Made by a program: the position numbers and the translations under genes. From positions 51,463 through 115,462 of the forward strand of contig DAIDGU010000042.1 in assembly GCA_027459785.1 (NCBI GenBank): DNA of 64,000 nt, given 5' to 3'. Source of the DNA: Ktedonobacteria bacterium (GTDB lineage: Bacteria > Chloroflexota > Ktedonobacteria > Ktedonobacterales > JACDGC01). Positions 18,540 to 28,336 of the stretch are shown one piece after another. The notes below the pieces were generated by a model, which was not told the DNA's origin, did not search any database, and saw nothing but the letters and a program-made list of their open reading frames with translations. Position 1 is the first letter of the stretch; every line of letters begins with the position of its first letter.

Positions 18540-21500
18540 ATGGCGAGTCTCAGCCGCTTCTTGCAGCGAATCTTCGGGCAACATTCCGTTGCTGCCCCAT
18601 CCCAGGTGGGGTCGCACCAACGTGAGCCGGCGGCGTTACAGCAGCCTTTCCGCGTCCTCATCTTCGACTGGGACGGCACGGCGGTCGCCAATCGCCAGGA
18701 AGACGCGACGGAACTGGCGCGGCTCAGCGGCGCTTTGGTCGATCTGCACGTCTGGCTGGTGGTGGTAACGGGGACCAATTTCGGCAACATCGACCGGCAA
18801 TACTGCCAGAAGGTCGATCCGGCGTTGCGCCATCACCTGATCATCTGTGTCAATCGCGGCTCGGAGGTGTACGGCTTCGACCACACCGGGCAAGCGGTGC
18901 GGCGTTATCTGCGCCTGGCCACGCCGGCGGAAGACCGCGCCATGACGGCGGTGGTAGATGGCATCGCCGCCAAGCTGCAAAATACCTATGGGCTGCATGT
19001 CGGCGTTGTCTATGATCGCCTCAATCGCCGCAAGATCGATCTCATCCCCGAACCGGCCTGGGCCGATCCCCCTAAAGCCAAGATCGCGCAACTCTTGCAA
19101 GCCGTCAACCAGCGCCTCGCCGCCGCCCATGTGCCAGACGGCATCCAGGGGGTGGTGCGCATGACGGAGGAACTGGCTAAAGCGCAGGGATTGGATGCGC
19201 GCATCACCAGCGATACCAAGCATATCGAGATCGGCCTGACCGACAAAGCGGATGCCATCGCGTGGGTCAAGCATGACCTGATCCAGCCGGAGGGTATTCC
19301 CTGGCACGATGTGCTGATCGCCGGCGATGAGCTAGGCCCGATCGGCGGCTTCGAGGGCAGCGACAACCGTCTGCGCGTCGGCGTGGCGGATGCTGTGGTC
19401 GTCTCGGTGGGCGTGGAACCGAACGGCGTGCCGCCGGGGGTGATCGCGCTCGGCGGCGGGCCGCCGCGCTTCCGGCAACTGCTGGCGGAACAGATCGCAC
19501 AGCACCTGGCGCAGCCCCATTTCGTGACGGATCAAGCCCGCGCTGATCGGCGTGAGGCCATCGCCACCGCTCTCGCCACTGCCCCCGCTCCTGGTTGGAG
19601 CCTGCTCATCCCCACCTTCGACCCGGCGCGCGAGCCGGTGGATGAAAGCCTGCTGACGCTGGGCAACGGTGCAATGGGCATGCGTGGTGCGCTGGCGCTC
19701 CCTTCCCCGGTCTCCACGCCGCTCAACCTCATCGCGGGCCTTTTCGCGGATGATGCGCGAAACCTGCCGGTGCTGGCCTCCGCGCCGGACTGGGCGCGGC
19801 TGGCCGTGGCCGTAGACGACGCGCCGCTCACGGTGGCTGACGGCGCGACGGTGACGCGCACGCTCGACCTGCGCCGCAGCCTGCTCGTCACTGAATATCG
19901 CTGGCAACCGCAGGCGGACCAGACGATCACCGTGCAGACCCTGCGCGGCGTCTCGCTCGCCAACCGCGCGCTGACATGGCAGATCGGGCGGCTGGACGTG
20001 GCGCAGCCAGCGGCGCTCAGCCTGGCGGCGTGGTTGGCCCCCCTTGATCCCTTGTTGCTGCCGCAGCGCGACGGCGTGGTGCTGCAAACCTGGCAGACCA
20101 CCGGCGCGCGGCATACCCTCAGCGTCGCCAGCACCGCCTTACTGGATCTGTCGGAACGGCTGATCACGCCAGCAGCCCTTCAGAAGCAGGCATATCGCCG
20201 CTGGGAATGGCCGGCGCAGCCCGGCCAACCGGCGATGTTCTATCGCCTGACAACTTTCGTGCGCGACGATACCAGCAAATCAGTCGGCGCGGGCGCACTG
20301 AACGCGCTTTTCCGCGCCCGGCGCATGGATCCAGCGGATCTTTTCGAGGCGCACGTGCGCGCCTGGGAGGATCGCTGGCAGGCATCCGATATCGCGCTCA
20401 GCGGCGATGATGCCGCGCAAACAGCCTTGCGCTTCGCTCTTTTTCAGCTGAACAGCGCCGCCAATCCCGACGATCCGCACGTCTCTGTCGGCGCGAAGGC
20501 GCTCACGGGGCCGGGCTACCATGGGCATGTCTTCTGGGATACGGAGATCTTCCTCCTGCCGTATTACACGCTCACCTGGCCCGCCGCTGCCGAGGCGATG
20601 TTGCGCTATCGCTACCTGACGCTGCCGGCGGCCCGCGCCAAGGCGGCACGGCTGGGTTATCGCGGCGCGCTGTATGCCTGGGAATCCGCCGACACGGGCG
20701 CGGAGGCGACGCCGGATAGCGTGGTCGATCCTACCGGCAAGACCATCCCGGTCTACAGCGGGCGCGACGAGCAACACATCAGCGCCGATATCGCCTATGC
20801 CGTCTGGCAATACTGGACGGCGACCGATGATTATAGCTTTTTCCTTGAGGCTGGCGCGGAGATCATCCTGGAAACGGCGCGTTTCTGGGCCAGCCGCGCG
20901 GCGCTGGAAGCCGACGGGCGCTATCACATTCGCCACGTCATCGGCCCGGACGAATATCACGAAGATGTCGATGATAATGCCTTTACGAACAACATGGCGC
21001 GCTGGAATCTGTTGCGCGGCCTGGACGTGGCGGAGCTGCTGGCGACGCGCTGGCCCGCTCGCTGGGAGGCGCTGCGCACGCACCTGGGGCTGACATCCGA
21101 CGAACTGGCGCAGTGGCGCGAGGTCGCCGCGCGTATCTTCACCGGCCTGGACGCCGCGACGGGCGTCTTCGCGCAATTCTCCGGCTACGACCAGCGCGAA
21201 CCGATTGACCTGACCCAGTATGCCGACCGCACGCAGCCGATGGATGTGGTGCTGGGCCACGAACGCATCGGGCAGACCCAGGTGGTCAAACAGGCGGACG
21301 TGGTGATGTTGCTGGCGTTGCTATGGGACCAGTTCAACCCAGCGGTGCGCGCCGCAAACTTCCGCTACTACGAGCCGCGCACCGGCCACGGCAGCTCGCT
21401 CAGCCCATCGATTCACGCGCTGGTGGCGGCGCGGCTGGGCGACAACGACCTGGCCCTGCGCTATTTTCAGGATGCCAGCGCCATCGACAACGCCGACCGC

Positions 21501-21845
21501 AACGGCAATGAAGCCGACGGCGTGCATATCGCCACGCAGGGCGGTCTGTGGCAGGCGGCACTCCTGGGCTTCGCCGGCGTGCAGATCCGCGACGACGGCC
21601 TGCATATCGAACCGCATCTGCCGGCGACCTGGGCCACGCTGCGCTTCCCGCTGCACTGGCGCGGTCGCCAACTCACCCTCACGCTCACCCGCGATCCGCT
21701 CGCCATCGCCATCACCCTCCGTGGTCGCCCGCTGGACATCTACCTCGGCCCCACGCTGGTTCACCTGACGGCAGAGCAAGAGCGCCGCTATCAATGGGAC
21801 GCCGCCGCCGGCGAGTGGCGCGCGGCTCAACCAGGGGCGCGATGA
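18540..21845 (+). CDS. HAD-family phosphatase domain fused to a GH65 disaccharide phosphorylase
   Basis: N-terminal FDWDGT, VTG, K and GD motifs. GH65 motifs LGNGAMGMRG, GYHGHVFWDTEIF, GPDEYHE, KQADVV, HGSSLS and GVHIATQGG. Confidence 0.9.
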   Translation: MASLSRFLQRIFGQHSVAAPSQVGSHQREPAALQQPFRVLIFDWDGTAVANRQEDATELARLSGALVDLHVWLVVVTGTNFGNIDRQYCQKVDPALRHHLIICVNRGSEVYGFDHTGQAVRRYLRLATPAEDRAMTAVVDGIAAKLQNTYGLHVGVVYDRLNRRKIDLIPEPAWADPPKAKIAQLLQAVNQRLAAAHVPDGIQGVVRMTEELAKAQGLDARITSDTKHIEIGLTDKADAIAWVKHDLIQPEGIPWHDVLIAGDELGPIGGFEGSDNRLRVGVADAVVVSVGVEPNGVPPGVIALGGGPPRFRQLLAEQIAQHLAQPHFVTDQARADRREAIATALATAPAPGWSLLIPTFDPAREPVDESLLTLGNGAMGMRGALALPSPVSTPLNLIAGLFADDARNLPVLASAPDWARLAVAVDDAPLTVADGATVTRTLDLRRSLLVTEYRWQPQADQTITVQTLRGVSLANRALTWQIGRLDVAQPAALSLAAWLAPLDPLLLPQRDGVVLQTWQTTGARHTLSVASTALLDLSERLITPAALQKQAYRRWEWPAQPGQPAMFYRLTTFVRDDTSKSVGAGALNALFRARRMDPADLFEAHVRAWEDRWQASDIALSGDDAAQTALRFALFQLNSAANPDDPHVSVGAKALTGPGYHGHVFWDTEIFLLPYYTLTWPAAAEAMLRYRYLTLPAARAKAARLGYRGALYAWESADTGAEATPDSVVDPTGKTIPVYSGRDEQHISADIAYAVWQYWTATDDYSFFLEAGAEIILETARFWASRAALEADGRYHIRHVIGPDEYHEDVDDNAFTNNMARWNLLRGLDVAELLATRWPARWEALRTHLGLTSDELAQWREVAARIFTGLDAATGVFAQFSGYDQREPIDLTQYADRTQPMDVVLGHERIGQTQVVKQADVVMLLALLWDQFNPAVRAANFRYYEPRTGHGSSLSPSIHALVAARLGDNDLALRYFQDASAIDNADRNGNEADGVHIATQGGLWQAALLGFAGVQIRDDGLHIEPHLPATWATLRFPLHWRGRQLTLTLTRDPLAIAITLRGRPLDIYLGPTLVHLTAEQERRYQWDAAAGEWRAAQPGAR

Positions 21846-21855
21846 ATCGCGCCCC
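21834..21855. repeat. REP-like palindrome GGGGCGCGAT-GA-ATCGCGCCCC between convergent genes
   Basis: Perfect 10-bp stem overlapping the GH65 stop codon. Resembles GTAG-class REPs and may act as a terminator. Confidence 0.6.
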
Positions 21856-21876
21856 GCACACATCAACCTGGCAGGA

Positions 21877-24057
21877 TCAATTCTGCCAGGTCACGTTGTC
21901 GTAGCCCGTGCCGGAACAGGGCGTGGTGAAGGAGTGGTTGCTCCCGTTCTCCCACTGCACGCTGCCGCTGGACGTGATGATGATGAACTTGAACTGGATC
22001 GTCTGGCAGGCGGGAACGCTGGCCATGATGAACCAGTTGGGATAGTTCGGGTCATCCGCCGGGCCGATGGCGGTGCTGGTTGTGGTACTCCAATTGCTCA
22101 GTTCGGCATCATTGCCCGTCAGGTACACGTTGTCGCCCACGTTGGTCGGCGGCGCGTTATAGACGGTGAAGGTCACGGCCACCTGCGCGCCAGATGACAC
22201 GCTATTCAGATAGCCGTTGCTGCACGACGACGTGCAGACCTGCACGCTGTACTGGCCACCGGCGACGTTCGGCGTGGTGACGGAGATCGAGTGCGACGAC
22301 CAGCTATTGACCGTGGCGTTGGTCGAACCGAACTTGACCGTGCCGGAGGAGCCGAAGCCCTGGCCGTCGATGATCACCGTGTCGCCCGGCTTGCTGAGAT
22401 TCGGGCCGATGTGGCCGATCTCCGGCGTGCTGGGTTCGCCCGCCGTGAATTGCCAGACGGAGGTCTGGTTCGCGCCCAACGTGAAGGGCGTCACCGATCC
22501 GCCGCTGTTGACGGTGATGTTCGTGCCGCCGCCCAGCAGCGATCCCAGGTAGTCGTTGTAGCTGCCGGTCGGCAGGTTGGTATACAACCCGCTGATGTTG
22601 TAGCTGCTCGATCCCTTGTTGACGGCTTCCAGCACCACGCTATTGTAAAACTGGCGCTCGAAGATGTACACGTCACTGTTCATCCACCGCTGCTGATACG
22701 TGCCGTAGGCCAGCGCGGGATTATTCTGGCGCAGCGTGGAAAAGTCGTGGATCTCCTGATAAGCCGTGGTGGTTGTGCTGAAGCTCGACATCATCGGGCG
22801 GTTATAGGGATCGCCCCCGCCGCTAGTGTCGTTGTGTAGATACTGTTCGGTGCCGTAGTAGATGATCGGCACGCCCGGCGCGCCCAGCGTGACGGCCAGG
22901 GCTTCCTGCATCCGCGTATCGTTGTTGTTGACCGACAGGAAGCGCGGCATGTCGTGGTTGTCGATGAAGTTGGCCTGGTCGTTGAGCCAGGTGAAATCAT
23001 GCTCTTCCTGGCTGATGACGCTGTCCAGTTCCGATGCGCCGTTATTGTTGGCATAGACATCGCGCAGGGCGTAGTTCAGCGGGAAGTTCAGCAGGTTGAC
23101 GCCGCTATTGTCAGCGAAGCGCACCGCGTCGCTATACGTCGGGTCGCTGATGTTGGAAAGATACCACTCGCCAACCATGTAATGCGGCCCCTGCGCCTCC
23201 ACGTCGTCGCTGAGGGTGCGCACCCAACCGCCCGTCTGGTCAGCCATGTGCTTCACGGCGTCCACACGCACAGCGTCCACGCCGTGCTGCAAGAACTGGT
23301 TGATCGCGCCTTTGAGGTAGCTGTCCACGCTGTTGTTCTCTTGCGCCAGATCAGCCAGGTCGGCCAGGTTGTAATACTCGTCCTGGTAGAGGTTGTTGTA
23401 GTCGGTGATGCCACCGTTGTGATGGAACCAACCGTTCGGGTCGTTGTTATACGCCGCCTCGAACGTGCCGTTCTCGTAGATGCTGCCATACTCGCCCGTG
23501 TCATTCGGGTTAGAGTGGTTGGGCGCGAAGTCGATCACGATCTTGATGCCGTCATTGTGGGCGGTGTTAACCAGATTATCGAAGTCCGACCATGTTCCCA
23601 TGTGGGGATCGATCTTGTACATGTCGCGCGCCCAATAGCCGTGATAGCCGGCATTCGGCACGCCGTTATAGACGGCAGCGGTGTGGATGTTATCGACCGG
23701 CGGCGAGATCCAGACGGCAGTGACGCCCATGCCCGCCAGATATCCCATCTTATCGGTCAGCCCTTGCAGGTCGCCGCCCCAATAGAGCTTCCAATTCGAC
23801 TTCGTGCTGTCATACAGCCCTGTGTCGCCAGCGGGGTCGTCGTTCGCGGTATTGCCGTCGAAGAAGCGGTCGAGCATGACCTGATAGATGACGCCGGTGC
23901 CGAGATCGGCATCGTTGGTGGGCAGCGCGCCTGCGGCATGCACGCGCGTGGGATGAACGAGGCTGGTGCTGAGGCTATACGCCAGCACCGAACATAAGAC
24001 GACGACGCCGATGAGGACGGGCCGCGCGAGGCGCGTGGCCGTGATGCGACGTAGCAT
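21877..24057 (-). CDS. Secreted GH13_2 cyclomaltodextrin glucanotransferase/maltogenic alpha-amylase-like enzyme with TIG and CBM20
   Basis: Signal peptide, YHGYWARD, DFAPNH, RVDAVKH, GEWY and FIDNHD, followed by an IPT/TIG domain and a C-terminal CBM20 (VQWENGSNH). Confidence 0.93.
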   Translation of the reverse strand: MLRRITATRLARPVLIGVVVLCSVLAYSLSTSLVHPTRVHAAGALPTNDADLGTGVIYQVMLDRFFDGNTANDDPAGDTGLYDSTKSNWKLYWGGDLQGLTDKMGYLAGMGVTAVWISPPVDNIHTAAVYNGVPNAGYHGYWARDMYKIDPHMGTWSDFDNLVNTAHNDGIKIVIDFAPNHSNPNDTGEYGSIYENGTFEAAYNNDPNGWFHHNGGITDYNNLYQDEYYNLADLADLAQENNSVDSYLKGAINQFLQHGVDAVRVDAVKHMADQTGGWVRTLSDDVEAQGPHYMVGEWYLSNISDPTYSDAVRFADNSGVNLLNFPLNYALRDVYANNNGASELDSVISQEEHDFTWLNDQANFIDNHDMPRFLSVNNNDTRMQEALAVTLGAPGVPIIYYGTEQYLHNDTSGGGDPYNRPMMSSFSTTTTAYQEIHDFSTLRQNNPALAYGTYQQRWMNSDVYIFERQFYNSVVLEAVNKGSSSYNISGLYTNLPTGSYNDYLGSLLGGGTNITVNSGGSVTPFTLGANQTSVWQFTAGEPSTPEIGHIGPNLSKPGDTVIIDGQGFGSSGTVKFGSTNATVNSWSSHSISVTTPNVAGGQYSVQVCTSSCSNGYLNSVSSGAQVAVTFTVYNAPPTNVGDNVYLTGNDAELSNWSTTTSTAIGPADDPNYPNWFIMASVPACQTIQFKFIIITSSGSVQWENGSNHSFTTPCSGTGYDNVTWQN

Positions 24058-24148
24058 GAAAGCGAGTTCCTCCTCAAACTTCTACAGCAACGATGCAGTA
24101 CGAGGGACGCAGGCAACGAGACAATGATGGCCATGTCGTGGGCCGCTC

Positions 24149-24206
24149 AACAGTTGTCCATTCAACTGTTATCAAACAGTATACCGAACAAAGCCTTGTG
24201 CGTCAA
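24149..24206 (-). promoter_or_regulatory. Sigma70 promoter of the amylase gene with overlapping operator palindromes
   Basis: Minus strand TTGACG(24206-24201)-17 bp-TATACT(24183-24178). Inverted repeats AACAGTTG-N6-CAACTGTT (24149-24170) and ACTGTT-N4-AACAGT (24165-24180). Confidence 0.7.
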
Positions 24207-24403
24207 GAGGGATCGGGGGGAAATCGCATGGGGCATGGGCAAAGTTATAGAGCATCGCGCAAGAAATGTTTGTAATTGGCAGCCGGTGTATGTGCAGCAT
24301 AGCGCGGATGGGGGAGCGGGCGCAACCTAGATCTCCTATTTCCATTGGCGGACGTTTGTCCTGTGTTATGGTAGCCATAATAGTTGTAATAGGAGGATCA
24401 CTG

Positions 24404-27400
24404 ATGCCCCCGCCGCCCACCACGATTGTCGCCACCAATCTCAGCAATTACATTCGGCTGGATCGGTGTGGGCGCTTTTTGCGCTTCGTCATCGAACCTG
24501 CCGAGGCAAAAGTGCTTGGCAAACGCTTTGGCGTCGGCGAGGATGCCCTCAGCCCGATCCTGGCGGACTACGGTCAGGACTTTGAGGCGCGGGTGCTGGC
24601 GACGCTGCCGGAGACGCCGCGCGACCTGAAAAATCAGCCGGCGGAGGCGACCTTGGCGGCGCTGCGCGCCGTCGCGCCGGGGGCGCGCGTCTTTCTCACG
24701 CAGGCGCGGCTGGCCGGCGCGATCAATGGCTGGCCCTGCCTGGGCGACGCCGATATCATCCAGGTCAGCCGGCGGGCGGACGGCGCGTTCGACCTGGCGG
24801 TGCTGGATGTGAAGACCGCCATCCGCGATCACGTAGAATACCGCCTGCAAGTCGCCGTCTACATCCGCCTGCTGCGCGGGATGCTCGCCGGAGCCGGGCT
24901 GGCGCTGGGCGCGATCAGCGGCGCGATCCTCAAGCAGGGCGCGGATGGCGCGTTGCCCGCGTGGGATGACCCCGCCGCGCGCTTCGCTGTGGCCCCCTAT
25001 GATCTGGTGCTGGATCACCTCTTCGATCCGCTGGAAGGCGATCTGGCGCAGGTGGCCGGGCGCGACCTGGCGGACATCCCTTATGCGCTAAACGCCAAGT
25101 GCGACGGGTGCAGCTTCAACCGGCTGTGCATGCGCGAAAGCGCCGACCGGCAAGACATCGCGCTGGTGCCGGGCATCCAGGCGACTGACATCCCCGCGCT
25201 GAAGGCGGCGGGCGTGCGCACGCTACGCGAACTGGTCGATCTCAAGGCACTGCCCGATCCGCCGACCAAACATGCCCCCCTGCCGCCCGCGCCGGGGCAA
25301 AGCGCGCCCCTGGCGGCGCTCAGCCAGCAGCCCGCCCTCGCCGCGCGGCTCGATCCGCTGGTGCTGCGGGCGCGGGCGATCTTGAACCGCTTCGATCCCG
25401 CCGTGCGCTACCTAGCCTATCCGCTGGACGAGCCGCCCAGCCTATTGCCGTCTGACGGCGCGAATCCGCAGCTGGTCAAGATCTTTCTGGACGCGCAGCA
25501 CGATTACCTGCGCGACCGCGTCTACCTGGCTGGCGCGCTGCTCACCGGGCCGGGCGGCGAATTTCCCATCGCCCACATCTGCGACGGCCCGCCGGTGGAC
25601 CGCGACGAGGAATACGTCCTGCATTCGCTGCTGCGCGACGTGGTGGCCGCGCTGCCCAAGGTGGCTGGCGACGCCACAAGTTGCCCGCTGCACATCTACC
25701 TCTTCGATCCATTCGAGCAACGCATCTGGCTGGACGCGCTGGAGCGCCAGCAGGCGATCCTGGCGAGCGTGCCGGCCTTCTATGAACTGTTGACCTCCAA
25801 TGCCGGCGTCGAGGAGGTGATGTTCGCCTTCCTGGCCGACGAGATCCGCGCGCGGCGCATCCTGCCGATGACGTGCCAGAACCTGTATAGCGTCGCCACC
25901 AACCTGAAGTTTGCGTGGCGCGACGCGCACTATGACTACCGCGCCGACTTCCGCGAGCGCGTCTTCGACAATGCGGCGAAACGGGCGGACGGCGTGTGGG
26001 TGGAACAACGGGCGGCCTTCACCTCGCTCATCCCGCTGGAATATGCCTATGGCGCGTGGGGTGTGCTGCCGGCCAGGAGCCGTGATCCCGGCAAGCTGGC
26101 GTACTATCGCCGCTGCACCCGCGACGCCCTCAAAGCCTTTCAGGTCCACCGCCTGCGCGCCATGCAGCACATCGAGGCGGCGCTCAATCCCGCGCATGGC
26201 CAGCGTTTCGTCAAGTCGCCGTTGCCCATCGCCCAGGTCAACACTGCGCCGGAACTGCCGGACCTGGCCCGCGCGCTGGACGAATTCCTGGGCATGGAGC
26301 ATCACGCCGCCCTGCAAGGCAAACTGGCGATCTACCAACTACCGCTGGCGCGGCGCGTGCAGACGGGGCGCTGCCTGCCGCTGCGCTGCCAATCCGTGAC
26401 GGAGCACGGCAAGCGCCTGAGCGTGGTGGGCGCGCTGGACTACGCCGCTGTGGACCTGGATGCCGCTACTGCTCGTGCCGGCTGCCGCCTGAAAGAAGGC
26501 GATTGGCTGTTGCTGAACGACCTGGATCACCAGCAGCCGTGGGCGATCATGCAGGGGCGCATCGCCGTCGTGCGCCGCATGGAGGCCGACGCGATCACGC
26601 TGGACCTGCTGGATATCACCAGTTTCGGCAGCGATTTCAAGTATCGCCACGACACCAAGCTGGTGCCGGAAGCCGGCAAATTGTATGCGCTGGACGAGAT
26701 GGCCGACGACCTGAACGCCGACAAGCACCGCCAGGCCGTGCATCACGTGGCGGGCAATGCGCTTTTCGCCGCGCTGGCAGGCGACACCGCCCCTGCTCCC
26801 ATTCCGCCGGAGCCGCACGGCGCGACCTTCGTCGCCGAGGTGCAGCGATTACAGGACGCTAGCCCGCTGACGGCGATGCAGGCCGAGGTCGTCGGTGCCA
26901 CCATCGCCGCGCCACTGCTGCTGGTGCAGGGACCGCCGGGGACGGGCAAGACGGCGACGCTGGGCTGGGCGATCCTCGCACGCCTCTTCGCCCATCAATC
27001 GCGCCCGGTGCGCGTGCTGGTCTGCGCCAAAACCCACAAGGCGACGAATCTGGTGCTGGCCTCTGTTGCGGAACGACTGACGAAACTCAAGGACACGCGC
27101 GCCGGCAAGTCGCTGGGCGTGGTGCATGTCTTCAAGGCGACCGCCGACGAGGGCGAGGATCTGCCTGATCACGTCCACGCGCTCGATCCGCGCCACGGCG
27201 GGCGCGTGCGCGGCATCATTGCCGACGAGGGGGCGGCGACGGTCATCGGGGCCACGCCGGGCGGTGCCTTCAGCCTGATGAAGACGGTCTATGGCAAGGA
27301 TCTGCCCTGGTCCGCTGGGCCATTCGATCTGCTGGTGATCGACGAGGCCAGCCAGATGAGCATCCCCGAAGCCTTGCTGGCGGCGGCGTTCCTCGCGCCG

Positions 27401-28336
27401 GGCGGGCGGATCATGATCGTGGGCGACCACCGCCAGATGCCGCCGATCCTGGCGCACCCGTGGGCGCGCGAACGCCGCCATAGCCAGACGTTGCACCACC
27501 CCGCGCGCTCGATCTTCGAGGCGCTTTTGGATCAGGGGCAGCCGATCGTGCAGTTGGACGAGAGCTTCCGGCTGCACCAGACACAGGCGCGCTTCCTGGC
27601 CGCCCACATCTATGCCCGCGACGCCCTGCCCTTCCAGTCGCGCCGCAAGGATACGCTGCCTGCGCTGCCCGCCAGTGTCGCCGATCCCTTCGTCGTCGCC
27701 GCGTTGCGCCCGGACTATCCCGTCATTGTGGTCGAACATGGCGAGGCGGCCTCACAGCAATACAATCCGACGGAAGTGGAGGTGATCGCGCCCATCGTGC
27801 GCGCCTGCCTGGACGCCCTGCACCTGGACGGCGCGCACGGTCTGGGCATCGTCGTGCCGCACAACGCGCAGAAAGCCGCACTGCGCCAGCGTTTCCCCGC
27901 GCTGGACGCGGCGGGGGCCATCGACACCGTCGAACGCTTTCAGGGCGGCGAGCGCGATGTGATCATCGTCGCCGCCACGGCCTCCGATCCCAGCTACATC
28001 CTGGCCGAAGCCGCGTTCTTGCTGAATCTGAACCGGCTCAACGTCGCCTTCTCGCGCCCGCGCCTGAAACTGATCGTCGTCGCCGCCCGGACGCTGTTCC
28101 GCTTCCTCTGCCGCGACCTGGATCGCTTCGAGGAGGCGCTGATCTGGAAGCACCTGCGCTACGAATACGCCGCTACGCCACTGTGGGCCGGCAATCGCGC
28201 GGGCGTGCGCGTGGAGGTGCGCGGCCACCCGGCGGGCCACGCGATCCAGCCGGCACCGCCGGATGTCGCCATCCCCGCGCCCTTCGTCGCCCCACAGCCG
28301 GTGGGCCTGACGGAAAGGAGCCACGAGCCATTATGA
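24404..28336 (+). CDS. Dna2-like nuclease-helicase: Fe-S PD-(D/E)xK RecB/Cas4-type nuclease, HhH, RNase H-like domain and SF1B (Upf1/Dna2) helicase
   Basis: AGGAGG RBS. Cys at 24467 plus CDGCSFNRLC. Nuclease motifs GDAD, LDVK and QVAVY. Helicase motifs QGPPGTGKT, IDEASQ, GDHRQMPP, TVERFQGGE and RLNVAFSR. Confidence 0.9.
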   Translation: MPPPPTTIVATNLSNYIRLDRCGRFLRFVIEPAEAKVLGKRFGVGEDALSPILADYGQDFEARVLATLPETPRDLKNQPAEATLAALRAVAPGARVFLTQARLAGAINGWPCLGDADIIQVSRRADGAFDLAVLDVKTAIRDHVEYRLQVAVYIRLLRGMLAGAGLALGAISGAILKQGADGALPAWDDPAARFAVAPYDLVLDHLFDPLEGDLAQVAGRDLADIPYALNAKCDGCSFNRLCMRESADRQDIALVPGIQATDIPALKAAGVRTLRELVDLKALPDPPTKHAPLPPAPGQSAPLAALSQQPALAARLDPLVLRARAILNRFDPAVRYLAYPLDEPPSLLPSDGANPQLVKIFLDAQHDYLRDRVYLAGALLTGPGGEFPIAHICDGPPVDRDEEYVLHSLLRDVVAALPKVAGDATSCPLHIYLFDPFEQRIWLDALERQQAILASVPAFYELLTSNAGVEEVMFAFLADEIRARRILPMTCQNLYSVATNLKFAWRDAHYDYRADFRERVFDNAAKRADGVWVEQRAAFTSLIPLEYAYGAWGVLPARSRDPGKLAYYRRCTRDALKAFQVHRLRAMQHIEAALNPAHGQRFVKSPLPIAQVNTAPELPDLARALDEFLGMEHHAALQGKLAIYQLPLARRVQTGRCLPLRCQSVTEHGKRLSVVGALDYAAVDLDAATARAGCRLKEGDWLLLNDLDHQQPWAIMQGRIAVVRRMEADAITLDLLDITSFGSDFKYRHDTKLVPEAGKLYALDEMADDLNADKHRQAVHHVAGNALFAALAGDTAPAPIPPEPHGATFVAEVQRLQDASPLTAMQAEVVGATIAAPLLLVQGPPGTGKTATLGWAILARLFAHQSRPVRVLVCAKTHKATNLVLASVAERLTKLKDTRAGKSLGVVHVFKATADEGEDLPDHVHALDPRHGGRVRGIIADEGAATVIGATPGGAFSLMKTVYGKDLPWSAGPFDLLVIDEASQMSIPEALLAAAFLAPGGRIMIVGDHRQMPPILAHPWARERRHSQTLHHPARSIFEALLDQGQPIVQLDESFRLHQTQARFLAAHIYARDALPFQSRRKDTLPALPASVADPFVVAALRPDYPVIVVEHGEAASQQYNPTEVEVIAPIVRACLDALHLDGAHGLGIVVPHNAQKAALRQRFPALDAAGAIDTVERFQGGERDVIIVAATASDPSYILAEAAFLLNLNRLNVAFSRPRLKLIVVAARTLFRFLCRDLDRFEEALIWKHLRYEYAATPLWAGNRAGVRVEVRGHPAGHAIQPAPPDVAIPAPFVAPQPVGLTERSHEPL

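Noticed and set aside
24404-25130. Cas4 as evidence for CRISPR-Cas
   Set aside because: The Cas4-like Fe-S nuclease is fused to an SF1 helicase, and no cas1/cas2 or array is present.
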